Shown piece after piece: positions 46,293-56,334 of a stretch of DNA of 64,000 bases (position 1 is its first letter; each line of letters begins with the position of its first letter). The translations under genes and the position numbers were made by a program. Source of the DNA: Deltaproteobacteria bacterium HGW-Deltaproteobacteria-12 (GTDB lineage: Bacteria; Desulfobacterota; Syntrophia; Syntrophales; Smithellaceae); NCBI GenBank assembly GCA_002840565.1, contig PHBK01000015.1:12108-76107 (forward strand), read 5' to 3'. The notes under the pieces were generated by a model that did no database searches, was not told where the DNA came from, and saw nothing but the letters and a program-made list of their open reading frames with translations.

Positions 46293-47624
46293 ATGCAAGC
46301 AAAGATTGGACGCAGAATCTTTTCTTCAATATCTAACCGGGGCGTTTTAATTATCCTCTCCTCGTTTTTGTTCGTAGCACTCATATCGATTATTATAGCC
46401 AATCATTTTAAGCCTCCCGACAATTTAGTTATGACCACCGGATTTGAAGGTGGGGCTTATGCAATTTTTGGTGAGCGCTATCAGCAGATCCTAGCACGTG
46501 AAAATATACATCTTAATTTGATTCCCTCGTCAGGCTCTGTAGAAAATTTCAAGCGCCTTAAAGATGAATCATACCGAGTCGACGTCGGTTTTGTCCAAGA
46601 TGGAACGAGTTCACTCTCAGAAACAAATAATCTAGTGTCCCTCGGAGCAATAGGCTATTCACCTCTTTGGGTGTTTTATCGGAGCCAAGATACTTTCAAC
46701 TACCTATCCGAGCTTAAAGGAAAGAGAATCGCAATCGGACCAGAGGGAAGTGGTGTGCGCAAATTTGCCATCGAGTTGTTAAAATTAAATAATATTGTTG
46801 CTCCACCAACAATCCTCCTTGATCTTTCTGGTACTGCTGCTAATAAAGGTTTATTGGCAGGAAAGATAGATGCGGTAATGATTTTCGGTACAGAGGATAA
46901 TGCCCTCGTTAAGGAACTACTGAATTCACCCAAAGTCAAATTGATGAATTTCAGGCAAGCTGAGGCTTATACCCGGCGGATTCCTGCTTTATCGCACGTC
47001 TTATTACCCCAAGGCATACTTGATGTTTCCCAAAAAATACCCTCCCAAGACATCCATCTTTTGGCAGTGACAACAAATCTTATTGTGCGTAAAGATTTGC
47101 ACCCTGCTTTAATATATTTGCTTCTGGATGCGGCAGTTGAAATTCACGGCAATGCAGGTTGGATGAATAAGAGAGGTGAGTTCCCCGCATTAAAAGAGTT
47201 AAGTTTTCCTTCATCAAATTATGCGGAAAGATTCTATAAATCCGGGCGGCCTTTTTTATTGGACTACCTTCCGTTTGGCATTGCTGCGCTTATTGACCGC
47301 ACGATCTTAATTATGCTCCCATTGGTTATAATCTTGATCCCTTTAATCCGAAGTATACCCTGGCTGTATTCTTGGCGGCACCGTCGAAAATTCCATCAAT
47401 GGTATAGAGAACTTAAGAATTTGGAATTAGAAATTATAAAAAGTCCCGGGCGGGAAGATATATCGGGTTATCATGAAAAGATTAACCAAATTGAGGCATC
47501 AATCAATAAAATTTCTGTTCCTTTGGCTTTTTTTGACGAGATCTACAAGCTTCAAGAGCATGTCGATTTGGTCCGGGGGAAACTTACTAGATTAAGCAAT
47601 CAGTTTAAGGAAGGGAATCTTTAG
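46293..47624 (+). CDS. TAXI-family (TRAP-associated) solute-binding-like protein with N- and C-terminal TM segments and a C-terminal coiled coil
   Basis: AGGAG before ATG 46293. TTGFEGGAYAIFGERY...LIPSSGSVENFKRLKD...VDVGFVQDG is TAXI/NMT1-like. A C-terminal hydrophobic stretch is followed by charged helices. Confidence 0.55.
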   Translation: MQAKIGRRIFSSISNRGVLIILSSFLFVALISIIIANHFKPPDNLVMTTGFEGGAYAIFGERYQQILARENIHLNLIPSSGSVENFKRLKDESYRVDVGFVQDGTSSLSETNNLVSLGAIGYSPLWVFYRSQDTFNYLSELKGKRIAIGPEGSGVRKFAIELLKLNNIVAPPTILLDLSGTAANKGLLAGKIDAVMIFGTEDNALVKELLNSPKVKLMNFRQAEAYTRRIPALSHVLLPQGILDVSQKIPSQDIHLLAVTTNLIVRKDLHPALIYLLLDAAVEIHGNAGWMNKRGEFPALKELSFPSSNYAERFYKSGRPFLLDYLPFGIAALIDRTILIMLPLVIILIPLIRSIPWLYSWRHRRKFHQWYRELKNLELEIIKSPGREDISGYHEKINQIEASINKISVPLAFFDEIYKLQEHVDLVRGKLTRLSNQFKEGNL

Positions 47625-47763
47625 GATTAATTGTGTGAGATAACATTTGATTTGCGTCAATTCGCCTAGCAGAAAATATATTCAAGAAAGCTCAGGATTC
47701 CATGTGTGAATAGGTGGTCAAACCTTCCGACAGAAAAGGTGAGGCAAAGCGGAGCATGGATAG

Positions 47764-47785
47764 CTGAAATGTTTGCTTTATGCCA
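47764..47785 (+). repeat. Partial copy of the C-form repeat 3' end (X3)
   Basis: CTGAAATGTTTGCTTTATGCC compared with X1 CTGGAATGTTTGCTTGATGAC. It is preceded at 47711-47735 by TAGGTGGTCAAACCTTCCGACAG, which resembles a collapsed A-form core. Confidence 0.35.
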
Positions 47786-48037
47786 GACAACAAATATTGA
47801 CAGTACCTATATTTTGCAGTCAAGATTTTTTTGTACGATAGATTTTTGTCTTGATTCAACCAGGAACAAGCAGTATCTCGTCAAATATATGAAACTAGCT
47901 GTCTGTTCACTATGAATTAAATTAAAGGAAATGATCAGCGAAGATGTTTATCCTTTCTGACGGTGTCGCACTTTTAGGTCTTTTTTTGTTTTTATTTTAA
48001 TTGACAAGGTTCATCTGTCTCCTTAACATGAGGCTAT

Positions 48038-50560
48038 ATGATCCAGCAGCCACCTAAATATTGGGGTATTCCACAACCCGATCTATTAGTTCAGCTTAAT
48101 GCAAAGAAGGAAGGATTAAGCAATACAGAAGCAAGAGAGCGGCTGATAGAGTACGGTCCAAACCTGCTGAAACCTCCGAAACGATCCGACACCCTTGCCC
48201 TGCTGTTTGCCCAATTCAAAAGTCCCATTATCCTGACCTTGATTTTTGCGGCCGGTCTCTCTGCTTATCTTCATGACCCGGTAGATGCTATCATTATTAT
48301 TGCCATTGTTTTAATCAGCAGTCTGCTGGGGTTCTGGCAGGAAAGAGGCGCTGTTAATGCTCTGGAAAAGATGCTGGCGATAGTCAAGATCAAGACCACT
48401 GTCCTGCGAGACGGCACGGAGCAGGATATCGCGCTGGAAGAAGTTGTTCCTGGTGACATAGTTTTGTTGAATGCCGGAGATGCGATTCCCGCCGACAGCT
48501 TGATTCTGGAATCCACAGACCTTTTTGTGGATGAGGCTACCCTGACTGGCGAAACTTTCCCCGTCGAGAAAAATGTCGGCCTTCTGCCTCCGGAAACACC
48601 GCTTGCCAAGCGCACCAACAGTCTTTTTATGGGAACGCACGTGATCAGCGGCACAGCCACGGCTCTGGCAATTTTCACGGGAAAGCAGGCCGAATTTGGC
48701 AAAATCTCCGAAAAGTTGAAACTGAGGCCCCAGGAGACCGAATTTGAGCATGGCATTAGGCGATTTGGTTATTTACTGCTCGAAGTAACCCTGTTGCTGG
48801 TCATTGCTGTTTTTGCCATCAATGTATTTTTCCATCGACCCGTTCTTGAATCCTTCCTGTTTTCTCTGGCCCTCGCTGTCGGACTGACGCCGCAGCTGCT
48901 GCCGGCCATTATTAGTATCAATCTGGCTCACGGCGCCAGAAAAATGGCAGCGCAAAAGGTCATTGTAAAGCGGCTCGCCTCCATAGAAAACTTCGGCAGT
49001 ATGGACGTACTATGTTCGGACAAGACGGGTACGTTGACTGAAGGAACCGTACGCCTGCATTCAGCGATAGACATCAACGGCACTCCAAGTGATCGGGTTT
49101 TCTTGCATGCCTATCTGAATTCTTTCTATGAAAAAGGCTTTTCCAATCCCATCGACGAAGCGATCCGGTCTTATAAAAAGCAGGATGTTATGGGATATGA
49201 GAAAGTTGACGAGGTCCCCTATGATTTTCTCCGCAAGCGTTTGAGTATCCTGATCAAAAAGGATGGCCGACACTTAATGGTGACGAAAGGGGCACTCTCG
49301 AATGTACTCGCCGTTTGTCCTTTTGCGGAGAACAATTTAGGGGATAAGATAGACACAAGCACAGTGACGCAAATGGTTCAGCAAAAGTTCGGTGATCTCA
49401 GTAGCCAGGGATTCCGTGTGCTTGGGGTGGCCATGCGGGATATGGGTACGGAGTCTGTCATCAACAAAGATTCCGAGCGAGACATGACCTTTCTCGGGTT
49501 TCTGCTTTTCTTCGATCCTCCCAAAAAAGGAGTTTTGGAAACGATAGAACACCTCAAACAACTTGGTGTTACGCTGAAAGTCATCACCGGAGATAACCGC
49601 CTCGTTGCCACTAAGATAAGTCAGGACGTGGGAATGCTTGGTGCCAGGATCATTACAGGCCCCGAACTGCATGAAATAAATGATTCCGCTCTATTGCAGA
49701 AAGTAAACCAAACGGACATCTTCGCAGAAGTGGAGCCCAATCAAAAAGAACGCATTATTCTTGCGCTTAGAAAAGCAGGACATGTTGTGGGATATATCGG
49801 AGACGGTATCAATGATGTTTCTGCCCTGCATGCCTCGGATGTAAGTATTTCTGTTGATACGGCGGTGGATGTGGCCAAAGAATCGGCTGATATAGTGCTT
49901 CTGGAAAAGAATCTGGAGGTGCTTGTGCAAGGGGTCCATCTGGGCAGGACGACACTTGCCAATACCATGAAATATGTCTTTATGGCGACCAGCGCTAATT
50001 TCGGAAACATGTTCAGCATGGCCGGTGCTTCTCTTTTTCTGTCTTTTCTTCCTTTATTGCCCAAGCAAATTCTGCTGACGAATCTGATGACTGATTTTCC
50101 GGAAATGACCATTGCCACGGATCGGACAGATGCCGAGATGGTCAATCAACCAAAACGGTGGAATATATCTTTTATTAAAAAATTCATGCTCACTTTCGGT
50201 TTGATCAGCTCGGTTTTTGATTATTTAACTTTTGGCGTTCTGTTGTTTATCCTTCGCGCTTCACCCGATCAATTCCGCACAGGCTGGTTTGTGGAATCTG
50301 TCATTTCCGCATCGATTATTGTACTGGTCATTCGCAGCAGAAGGCCCTTCTTCAGGAGCCGGCCGGGAAAGTATCTCCTTATCGCCACAATGGCTATTGT
50401 TTTTGCTGCACTGATCTTTCCTTTTACGCCACTCGCGAAAATATTTGGTTTTGTACCTCTGCCCGTGTCGTTTCTCATGATACTGGGGATCATTATTGTC
50501 CTTTATATTTTAACTGCGGAGTTGGCAAAAAAAATATTCTATCAGAAGATAAATTATTAA
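48038..50560 (+). CDS. P-type cation-transporting ATPase, MgtA-like (type IIIB-like)
   Basis: 840 aa. DKTGTLT phosphorylation site, TGDN, GDGINDVSAL, and TM4 GLTPQLLPAII resembling the MgtA TPEMLP motif. Confidence 0.8.
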   Translation: MIQQPPKYWGIPQPDLLVQLNAKKEGLSNTEARERLIEYGPNLLKPPKRSDTLALLFAQFKSPIILTLIFAAGLSAYLHDPVDAIIIIAIVLISSLLGFWQERGAVNALEKMLAIVKIKTTVLRDGTEQDIALEEVVPGDIVLLNAGDAIPADSLILESTDLFVDEATLTGETFPVEKNVGLLPPETPLAKRTNSLFMGTHVISGTATALAIFTGKQAEFGKISEKLKLRPQETEFEHGIRRFGYLLLEVTLLLVIAVFAINVFFHRPVLESFLFSLALAVGLTPQLLPAIISINLAHGARKMAAQKVIVKRLASIENFGSMDVLCSDKTGTLTEGTVRLHSAIDINGTPSDRVFLHAYLNSFYEKGFSNPIDEAIRSYKKQDVMGYEKVDEVPYDFLRKRLSILIKKDGRHLMVTKGALSNVLAVCPFAENNLGDKIDTSTVTQMVQQKFGDLSSQGFRVLGVAMRDMGTESVINKDSERDMTFLGFLLFFDPPKKGVLETIEHLKQLGVTLKVITGDNRLVATKISQDVGMLGARIITGPELHEINDSALLQKVNQTDIFAEVEPNQKERIILALRKAGHVVGYIGDGINDVSALHASDVSISVDTAVDVAKESADIVLLEKNLEVLVQGVHLGRTTLANTMKYVFMATSANFGNMFSMAGASLFLSFLPLLPKQILLTNLMTDFPEMTIATDRTDAEMVNQPKRWNISFIKKFMLTFGLISSVFDYLTFGVLLFILRASPDQFRTGWFVESVISASIIVLVIRSRRPFFRSRPGKYLLIATMAIVFAALIFPFTPLAKIFGFVPLPVSFLMILGIIIVLYILTAELAKKIFYQKINY

Positions 50561-50612
50561 GAGATTCATACCACTTTGCTGTCTCATATTATATTTATTA
50601 TCAGTCCTCTTA

Positions 50613-50690
50613 TTAGTAGATGAATGGTGCAAGATTTGCCAGTGACAAAAAATATCAATGATGGCTTTTCCGTTGAAAGCTTCCTGAACT
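50613..50690 (+). repeat. Dispersed repeat R3 (long 'B' form)
   Basis: TAGTAGATGAATGGTGCAAGATTTGCCAGTGACAAAAAATATCAATGATGGCTTTTCCGTTGAAAGCTTCCTGAAC, 53 nt after the ATPase stop. Confidence 0.7.
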
Positions 50691-50893
50691 ATGGAACCAT
50701 ACAGAGATAGGGAAAGTCGATGCTTTCGAATGATACTAATTAATATATTTCCCAAACGCATCGCCAGTTCCTACTTTTAGACTTATCATATCCCTTGACA
50801 AGAAAAAACAGCGTCAGTATATATTCAATATATCGAATATCTCGAAAGCAAGCAATACATTATCAAAACAGAATATCTAGGAGAGGCAGCATC

Positions 50894-52075
50894 ATGGACA
50901 CCAATCAACTTGCTATGACAAAAGATGACCATGCAACTTATACCAAATTCATCGAATGGCTCAAACAGAGCTGGTATGGTGTGCCGGATTCCGATGTCCT
51001 TCTGCCATATGTAGCCGCGCGTTACACGCTCGAAGAAGCAGTGCTCCTCACAGGCATGCCCTTTGCGCCGAAGACACTGGAGGAACTTTCGGATTTAACC
51101 GGAACCAATGCTGATGTGCTTCGCCCCAAACTCGACGCGCTGGCCGCCAAGGGGCTTGTCTATAAGCAGGTTAAAGAGAACCGCGAACGCTACTGTGTAA
51201 ACGACAGTTTCTTCATCGCCCGCACCTTTGGTTGGCCCGGTCGCCGCGATGAGTATGACCTGCGCGTAGGGCATCTTCAACACAAATATCTGACCGACGG
51301 GGCATTGTCACCCTGGCAGAACGTTAAAGAAAAAGGCTTGCGGGTACTGCCCATAGAGGCAACGATCGAGGATAACACCGGCGTATTGCCCTATGAAGAA
51401 GTGCGCAAGATACTGGATAAAGTCGAGTATTTCACCGTGAGCCACTGTCCCTGCCGGCATTCCAACAACCTTGATCCGGACTCACCGGCTAGCCAGTACC
51501 CAACCGAGGTCTGCCTGCATTTTGATAAGCTGGGGCACTATATCGTGGAAAACGGCATGGGCCGGGAGATTACGCGGCAGGAGACAGAAGAGATACTCAA
51601 GCGCTCTGCTGAATTGGGGCTTATCCATGGCATCTCCAACCAGCAGGAGAAACCCGATACCATCTGTAACTGCGACCGTGACTGCTGCATGTGGTTTTTG
51701 GCCATGAAGAAGTATGGGCATAATGGCAGCTTGACTCCCTCGAACTATCGCGTCACGGTCAATCAATCCACCTGTGTAGGCTGTGGTTTATGCATTAAGC
51801 GCTGCCCGATGGCAGCTCTGAATTTGCTGGATGAGCCGTCTGTTAAGGGACGTAAGACCGCGGTTATAGGCAAGGAAGGTGGGCAGCGTGAGCTGACGAA
51901 TAAGAACGGCAAGGTTGCGAAGCTGAATTCTGAACGCTGTATAGGATGCGGTGTATGCGCCTATAAATGTCAGTCGCAATCACTTACGCTTGAGCGAAAT
52001 CAGATTGAACATCATCCGCCTCAAACCGCGCGTGATTTTTTAATGCAGTTCATGACTGACGCCAGACCCAGATGA
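50894..52075 (+). CDS. 4Fe-4S dicluster domain protein with a winged-helix-like N-terminal region (unknown function)
   Basis: GGAGAGG before ATG 50894. Contains CVGCGLCIKRCP and CIGCGVCAYKCQ, plus additional Cys clusters (HCPCRH, CNCDRDCC). Confidence 0.6.
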   Translation: MDTNQLAMTKDDHATYTKFIEWLKQSWYGVPDSDVLLPYVAARYTLEEAVLLTGMPFAPKTLEELSDLTGTNADVLRPKLDALAAKGLVYKQVKENRERYCVNDSFFIARTFGWPGRRDEYDLRVGHLQHKYLTDGALSPWQNVKEKGLRVLPIEATIEDNTGVLPYEEVRKILDKVEYFTVSHCPCRHSNNLDPDSPASQYPTEVCLHFDKLGHYIVENGMGREITRQETEEILKRSAELGLIHGISNQQEKPDTICNCDRDCCMWFLAMKKYGHNGSLTPSNYRVTVNQSTCVGCGLCIKRCPMAALNLLDEPSVKGRKTAVIGKEGGQRELTNKNGKVAKLNSERCIGCGVCAYKCQSQSLTLERNQIEHHPPQTARDFLMQFMTDARPR

Positions 52076-52180
52076 TTTAATTGCTGTCTCGAGTAATTTC
52101 CCCAGTAAAGGTATGGGGTCTTTGGCTCATTCATCGAAGATGTCGGATACTGCAATTCGAGTGGTAACCTTCATATAAAG

Positions 52181-52320
52181 TCTCAACCCCAAAATTATTG
52201 ACATGTAGGTGCAGACGGCAAGCACTCCTTCCTGAAATCCACAAAAAGTCATACTTAACAGAAATGCTGGACTACAAATTGAAATAAACACAATTCACGC
52301 AAGAAGGTAAACATCATCAC
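52181..52320 (+). repeat. Dispersed repeat R4 (short 'A' form)
   Basis: Core AGGTGCAGACGGCAAGCACTCCTTCCTGAAATCCACAAAAAGTCA (52207-52251). The 17-mer AAATCCACAAAAAGTCA is identical to the one in R6. The flanks match R1. Confidence 0.7.
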
Positions 52321-52375
52321 TGCGCATATTGTAGTCTGTTTTCATTGAACACACAGCGCATGACTGACTTCACTG

Positions 52376-53248
52376 TTATTTATTGTCTGGTTCTATATGT
52401 ACAAAGATTGTACTTCTGGGAATTTCCTCTTGAATAGTCTTTTCAATATTATCAGCTATCTGATGCCCTTTCTCGATTGTAAATAGAGGATCAATATGAA
52501 TACATAAATCTACAAATATATCCGCGCCTGAATTCCTTACTTTTACATCATGAAAAGATATTATATCCGGAATTTTTTGCAGGATTTCATTTATTTGTTT
52601 AAACTTGTCTATCGGGGCCTTGTCCAGTAAAACATCTATCGACCGTTTACCAAGCCGATAACATACATGAATTACAATTAAGGCAACAATAAGTGCTGCA
52701 ACAATATCTGCATAGTACCAACCAAAACTGGCGAAAATCAGCCCGAGCAAAACAACCGATGAACTCCAAATGTCGGTTGAAAAATGAAGTGCGTCTGCCT
52801 CCAGCGCCTGACTGTTGTGCTTGCGAGCCGCCCTCATAAGTGCGCGAGATCGCCAATAATCAATTATAATAGAAGATGTTATAACAATGTAACTCCAACG
52901 ATTTACCTCAATATGAACATTCCCAGTCAATATTCGATGGATTGCTTCATAGATTATCCATATGCAAGTAATAAGGAGAAGAATGGTTTCGATAAGAGCA
53001 GATAGATTTTCTGTTTTGCCGTGCCCGTAAGGATGATCTATATCTGCCGGAGCATCAGAAACCCGGACAGATAAAAAAGTAATGAAGGCGGCAATAAGAT
53101 CTAAGCCTGAGTGTAAAGCCTCAGAGAGTAAGCCGAGGCTACCGGTTAGAAGTCCTATTGTGGCTTTAGAGCCAGTGAGAAATACTGCGGCAAATACCGA
53201 AATTATCGCTACGTTTTTCTTTTCATTTACAGATTCAGCGCGATTCAT
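52376..53248 (-). CDS. Cation diffusion facilitator (CDF) family metal transporter
   Basis: 290 aa, 6 TM. HSGLDLIA, HPYGHGKTE and DALHFSTD metal-site motifs, plus a C-terminal cytoplasmic domain. Confidence 0.85.
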   Translation of the reverse strand: MNRAESVNEKKNVAIISVFAAVFLTGSKATIGLLTGSLGLLSEALHSGLDLIAAFITFLSVRVSDAPADIDHPYGHGKTENLSALIETILLLITCIWIIYEAIHRILTGNVHIEVNRWSYIVITSSIIIDYWRSRALMRAARKHNSQALEADALHFSTDIWSSSVVLLGLIFASFGWYYADIVAALIVALIVIHVCYRLGKRSIDVLLDKAPIDKFKQINEILQKIPDIISFHDVKVRNSGADIFVDLCIHIDPLFTIEKGHQIADNIEKTIQEEIPRSTIFVHIEPDNK

Positions 53249-53269
53249 AGTGTTTGCTCCATGCCATTT

Positions 53270-54073
53270 TTATATTGATCGCGCTATTTTACTAATTTTA
53301 TTTTTTAGCCTGTATTTAACTTCATGCATAGGCTGTAAGGCAATCTCACCGGGAGTTTCCCCATGCTCAGAATACTCAAATGGATTATCTAAATCTCTTA
53401 TCAAAAACATCATATACAATACAAGAAATACGACAAATCCCAGGAAAAAGAGTGATTCATAAAATGGTTCGATTTCTACCAGCAGAAGCCCGATGCTAAT
53501 TAAAACAGCCAGAGATTCCACGATGGCGTAGGCGGAAGGAACAAAGCTGGTATCTCTGATAACCTGAATTCGTATCAGCATTTTTCTTAAGCAGCTTTGT
53601 TCCTGTTTGAGTCTGACAATGTAGTTTGCCGGAATTAAATCCTCCAGTTGGGAAAAATGCTCAGAGTAATTTTCAACATGTTCGAGAAGCATGGAAAATG
53701 GAACTCTTGAATAGAGCCAATCCATAATCAAATTTTGTGTTTGCAGGACATGCTCCAGCCATTGATTGACTCGCTCGTCCTTTTTTTTATAATGAACGGA
53801 AAGGGCGTCATCGGACAAGGTATCCAGACAGGCTGCTATTTCTCCCGGTATTTTTTCGCTTTCTTTATAGTCAGAAAGAACACCCGAAATAAGAAATCCT
53901 ATTAAAAATACTGTGCCAGCGATAAGGCTTGAGAAAAGAGCGTTCATCGTCAGAAATTCCAGATCATAAAAATGAATGACCCATTTCAAGAACATAAAAC
54001 CAAGTAGGATCGGCAACAATTTTATAACCAACCACCATTTTGGCTTTATAATCTTATAAATTGGATTTGTCAT
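53270..54073 (-). CDS. Membrane protein, paralog 1 of a tandem pair (bestrophin/UPF0187-like topology, tentative)
   Basis: 267 aa. 2 TM, a helical cytoplasmic region, 2 TM, then DLDNPF. It is very similar along its full length to the 54126-54923 product. Confidence 0.5.
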   Translation of the reverse strand: MTNPIYKIIKPKWWLVIKLLPILLGFMFLKWVIHFYDLEFLTMNALFSSLIAGTVFLIGFLISGVLSDYKESEKIPGEIAACLDTLSDDALSVHYKKKDERVNQWLEHVLQTQNLIMDWLYSRVPFSMLLEHVENYSEHFSQLEDLIPANYIVRLKQEQSCLRKMLIRIQVIRDTSFVPSAYAIVESLAVLISIGLLLVEIEPFYESLFFLGFVVFLVLYMMFLIRDLDNPFEYSEHGETPGEIALQPMHEVKYRLKNKISKIARSI

Positions 54074-54125
54074 TTTAATGTCTCTATAATTTTATTTCCA
54101 ATCATGCTTTGTATAACAGAACAAC

Positions 54126-54923
54126 TCATTCACCCATTTTTCGTAATTTATTATCGAGGCGTTCTTTAACCTCATGTATAGGGAACAAAGCTACTTCTCC
54201 GGGAGATTCTCCTTTTTCCGAATAGTCAAAGGGGTCGTCCAGATCCTTAATCAGCATGATCATATATAAAATAAGAAAAACAACAAATCCGAGAAAAAAT
54301 AGTGATTCGTAAAACGGTTCGATTTTAATCATTAGAAGACCAATGATGATCAGGAGAGCCAAAGTTTCCAGGATGGCATAGGCGGAAGAAACAAAGTCGG
54401 TATCTTTGATAACCTGAATACGTATAAGCAGTTTTCTCAAGGAACTTTGTTCCTGCTTTAGTTTTACGATATAGTTCACAGCAGTTAAATCTTCCAGTTT
54501 GGAAAAATGTTCAGTGTAGTTTTCAATGTGTTCCAGAAGCATATGAAATGGAATCCTCTTATAGAGCCAATCAATAACTAATTTTTGTGTTTGAATTATA
54601 TGTTCATGTAATTGATTGACGCGATCATCCTTTTTTTTATAATGAATGGAAAGGGCGTCATCGGATAAGGTATCAAGACAAGAGGCTATTTCTCCGGGAA
54701 TTTTTTCGCTTTCCTTGTAATCAGAAAGTACGCCCGAGATAAGAAAGCCGATCAGGAATACCGTGGCAGCGATAAGGCTGGTAAAAAGGGCGTTCATTTC
54801 CAGATATTCCAATTGGTAAAAGTGAAATATCCATTTAATGGCTACAAAAACAGCCAGAATGGGCAATATCTTTAAAACCAACCACCACTTCGGATTTACT
54901 AATTTTAAAACTAAATTTGGCAT
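54126..54923 (-). CDS. Membrane protein, paralog 2 of the tandem pair
   Basis: 265 aa. Shares FLIGFLISGVLSDYKESEKIPGEIA, LKQEQS.LRK.LIRIQVI.DT and IEPFYESLFFLGFVVFL with paralog 1. Confidence 0.5.
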   Translation of the reverse strand: MPNLVLKLVNPKWWLVLKILPILAVFVAIKWIFHFYQLEYLEMNALFTSLIAATVFLIGFLISGVLSDYKESEKIPGEIASCLDTLSDDALSIHYKKKDDRVNQLHEHIIQTQKLVIDWLYKRIPFHMLLEHIENYTEHFSKLEDLTAVNYIVKLKQEQSSLRKLLIRIQVIKDTDFVSSAYAILETLALLIIIGLLMIKIEPFYESLFFLGFVVFLILYMIMLIKDLDDPFDYSEKGESPGEVALFPIHEVKERLDNKLRKMGE

Positions 54924-54941
54924 GCTAAAATCCTTATAATT

Positions 54942-55307
54942 TTATTTACCTGTTCCCGACAATAACTTATTAAGAATTGGAAGAGCCGAGTCAATAGCAC
55001 CCTTTAATCCATTCTTGCTGATGTTTTCAAGAATGGATGAAATCATCGGCAATAGCGATATCAAAATAAATATTGCTACACCCAAAAGCACAATACCGCC
55101 TATAATTGCAGCAACTAGCAGCTTTTTGTTGGCCATAAGCATCGACATTATTTGCTGACCAATGTCTTCATGTTTGCGGTATTGATTGTCGTGTCTACCC
55201 GAGATATCAAAGGTTTTATTATATTCATCGTCCCGATCATGTTTATCTTTTTGATAATAACCATGATGTTTTTTGTTATGTTTCTCTCCGAAATAATCGT
55301 TACTCAT
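54942..55307 (-). CDS. Small His/Asp/Lys-rich protein with one TM helix
   Basis: GGAGGGG before ATG 55307. MSNDYFGEKHNKKHHGYYQKDKHDRDDEYNKTFDISGRHDNQYRKHED, followed by the hydrophobic LLVAAIIGGIVLLGVAIFILISLL. Confidence 0.55.
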   Translation of the reverse strand: MSNDYFGEKHNKKHHGYYQKDKHDRDDEYNKTFDISGRHDNQYRKHEDIGQQIMSMLMANKKLLVAAIIGGIVLLGVAIFILISLLPMISSILENISKNGLKGAIDSALPILNKLLSGTGK

Positions 55308-55428
55308 TTTACCCCTCCATAAAATAGTGTTTAGTACAATTTCGCAATTCACCTACCATGCTTTAATGTTTCGTAATATTAGATAATATAATATTGATAT
55401 TTCTAAAAATACGAACTATACAATAATT

Positions 55429-56334
55429 ATGGAATATCCCAACTATCAGCATCTCACATACTTTTATTGGGTCGCTAAAGAAGGCAGTATCTCTAAAGCA
55501 TCTCGTGTGTTATGCTTATCTCAATCTACAATATCCGCGCAACTGCGAACTCTGGAAAATCAGCTGGGTATAAAACTGTTCGATAAAAAAGGTCGCGGCC
55601 TGGCAATGACTGAAGAAGCCAAGGTGGTTTTTAGTTATGCCGAAGAACTTTTCAAACTGGGACAAGAACTTTTATCCACAACTAAATCCAAGAAGCAAAA
55701 AGGTCTGATGAACTTTAAGGTTGGTTTTGACCATTCTCTGCATAAAATGACTGGGTACCGGCTTCTTGCGCCTTTATTTCATCACGATAATATCAAAGTT
55801 ATTTGCTATGAAGATTCTTGTGAGAAACTGGTATTAAAATTACTCTCTCATGATTTAGAAATTATCATTACGAATTCACCTGTGCAGCCCCAAATGCAAA
55901 TAAAAGTATTTAATTACCTGTTGGGTGAATCACCACTCGCCATATTCGGCCATTTGACTTTATTGAAAAATAAAAAAATGAAATATCCTGAGAATCTTAA
56001 TGGTGCGCCTTTTTTGCTTCCAACCAACAATACTTATCTGCGCCGGGCTTTGGAAGAATGGTTTTTGTCCCGGAAAATATTTCCTGTAGTTCGTGCTGAA
56101 ATCGAAGACAGTTCCTTGATTAAGACATTTGCCAGAGAGGGGATAGGTTTTATGGCGGCACCGCTTTGGGCAAAGAAAGAGCTTAAAAAAAGTTATGGAC
56201 TTGCTCATGTTGGCAATTTAACAGGATTGAAGGAGCAATATTACCTTATTTCAGTACAAAGAAAGATCAATAATCCTATTGTGGCACATCTTGTGGAAGA
56301 GCATAGAAATCAATCTGATAATAAAAATTTATAA
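55429..56334 (+). CDS. LysR-family transcriptional regulator (NhaR-like)
   Basis: 301 aa. NYQHLTYFYWVAKEGSISKASRVLCLSQSTISAQLRTLENQLGIKLFDKKGRG. It is divergent from the 55307-52376 operon. Confidence 0.9.
   Translation: MEYPNYQHLTYFYWVAKEGSISKASRVLCLSQSTISAQLRTLENQLGIKLFDKKGRGLAMTEEAKVVFSYAEELFKLGQELLSTTKSKKQKGLMNFKVGFDHSLHKMTGYRLLAPLFHHDNIKVICYEDSCEKLVLKLLSHDLEIIITNSPVQPQMQIKVFNYLLGESPLAIFGHLTLLKNKKMKYPENLNGAPFLLPTNNTYLRRALEEWFLSRKIFPVVRAEIEDSSLIKTFAREGIGFMAAPLWAKKELKKSYGLAHVGNLTGLKEQYYLISVQRKINNPIVAHLVEEHRNQSDNKNL

Noticed and set aside
47625-48037. Mg2+ (M-box) riboswitch or leader upstream of the MgtA-like ATPase
   Set aside because: Only GGTGAGGC resembles the M-box core, and I could not find the other conserved segments. 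The 69-aa ORF 47706-47915 has no RBS and an odd composition. A covariance-model scan is needed before any claim.
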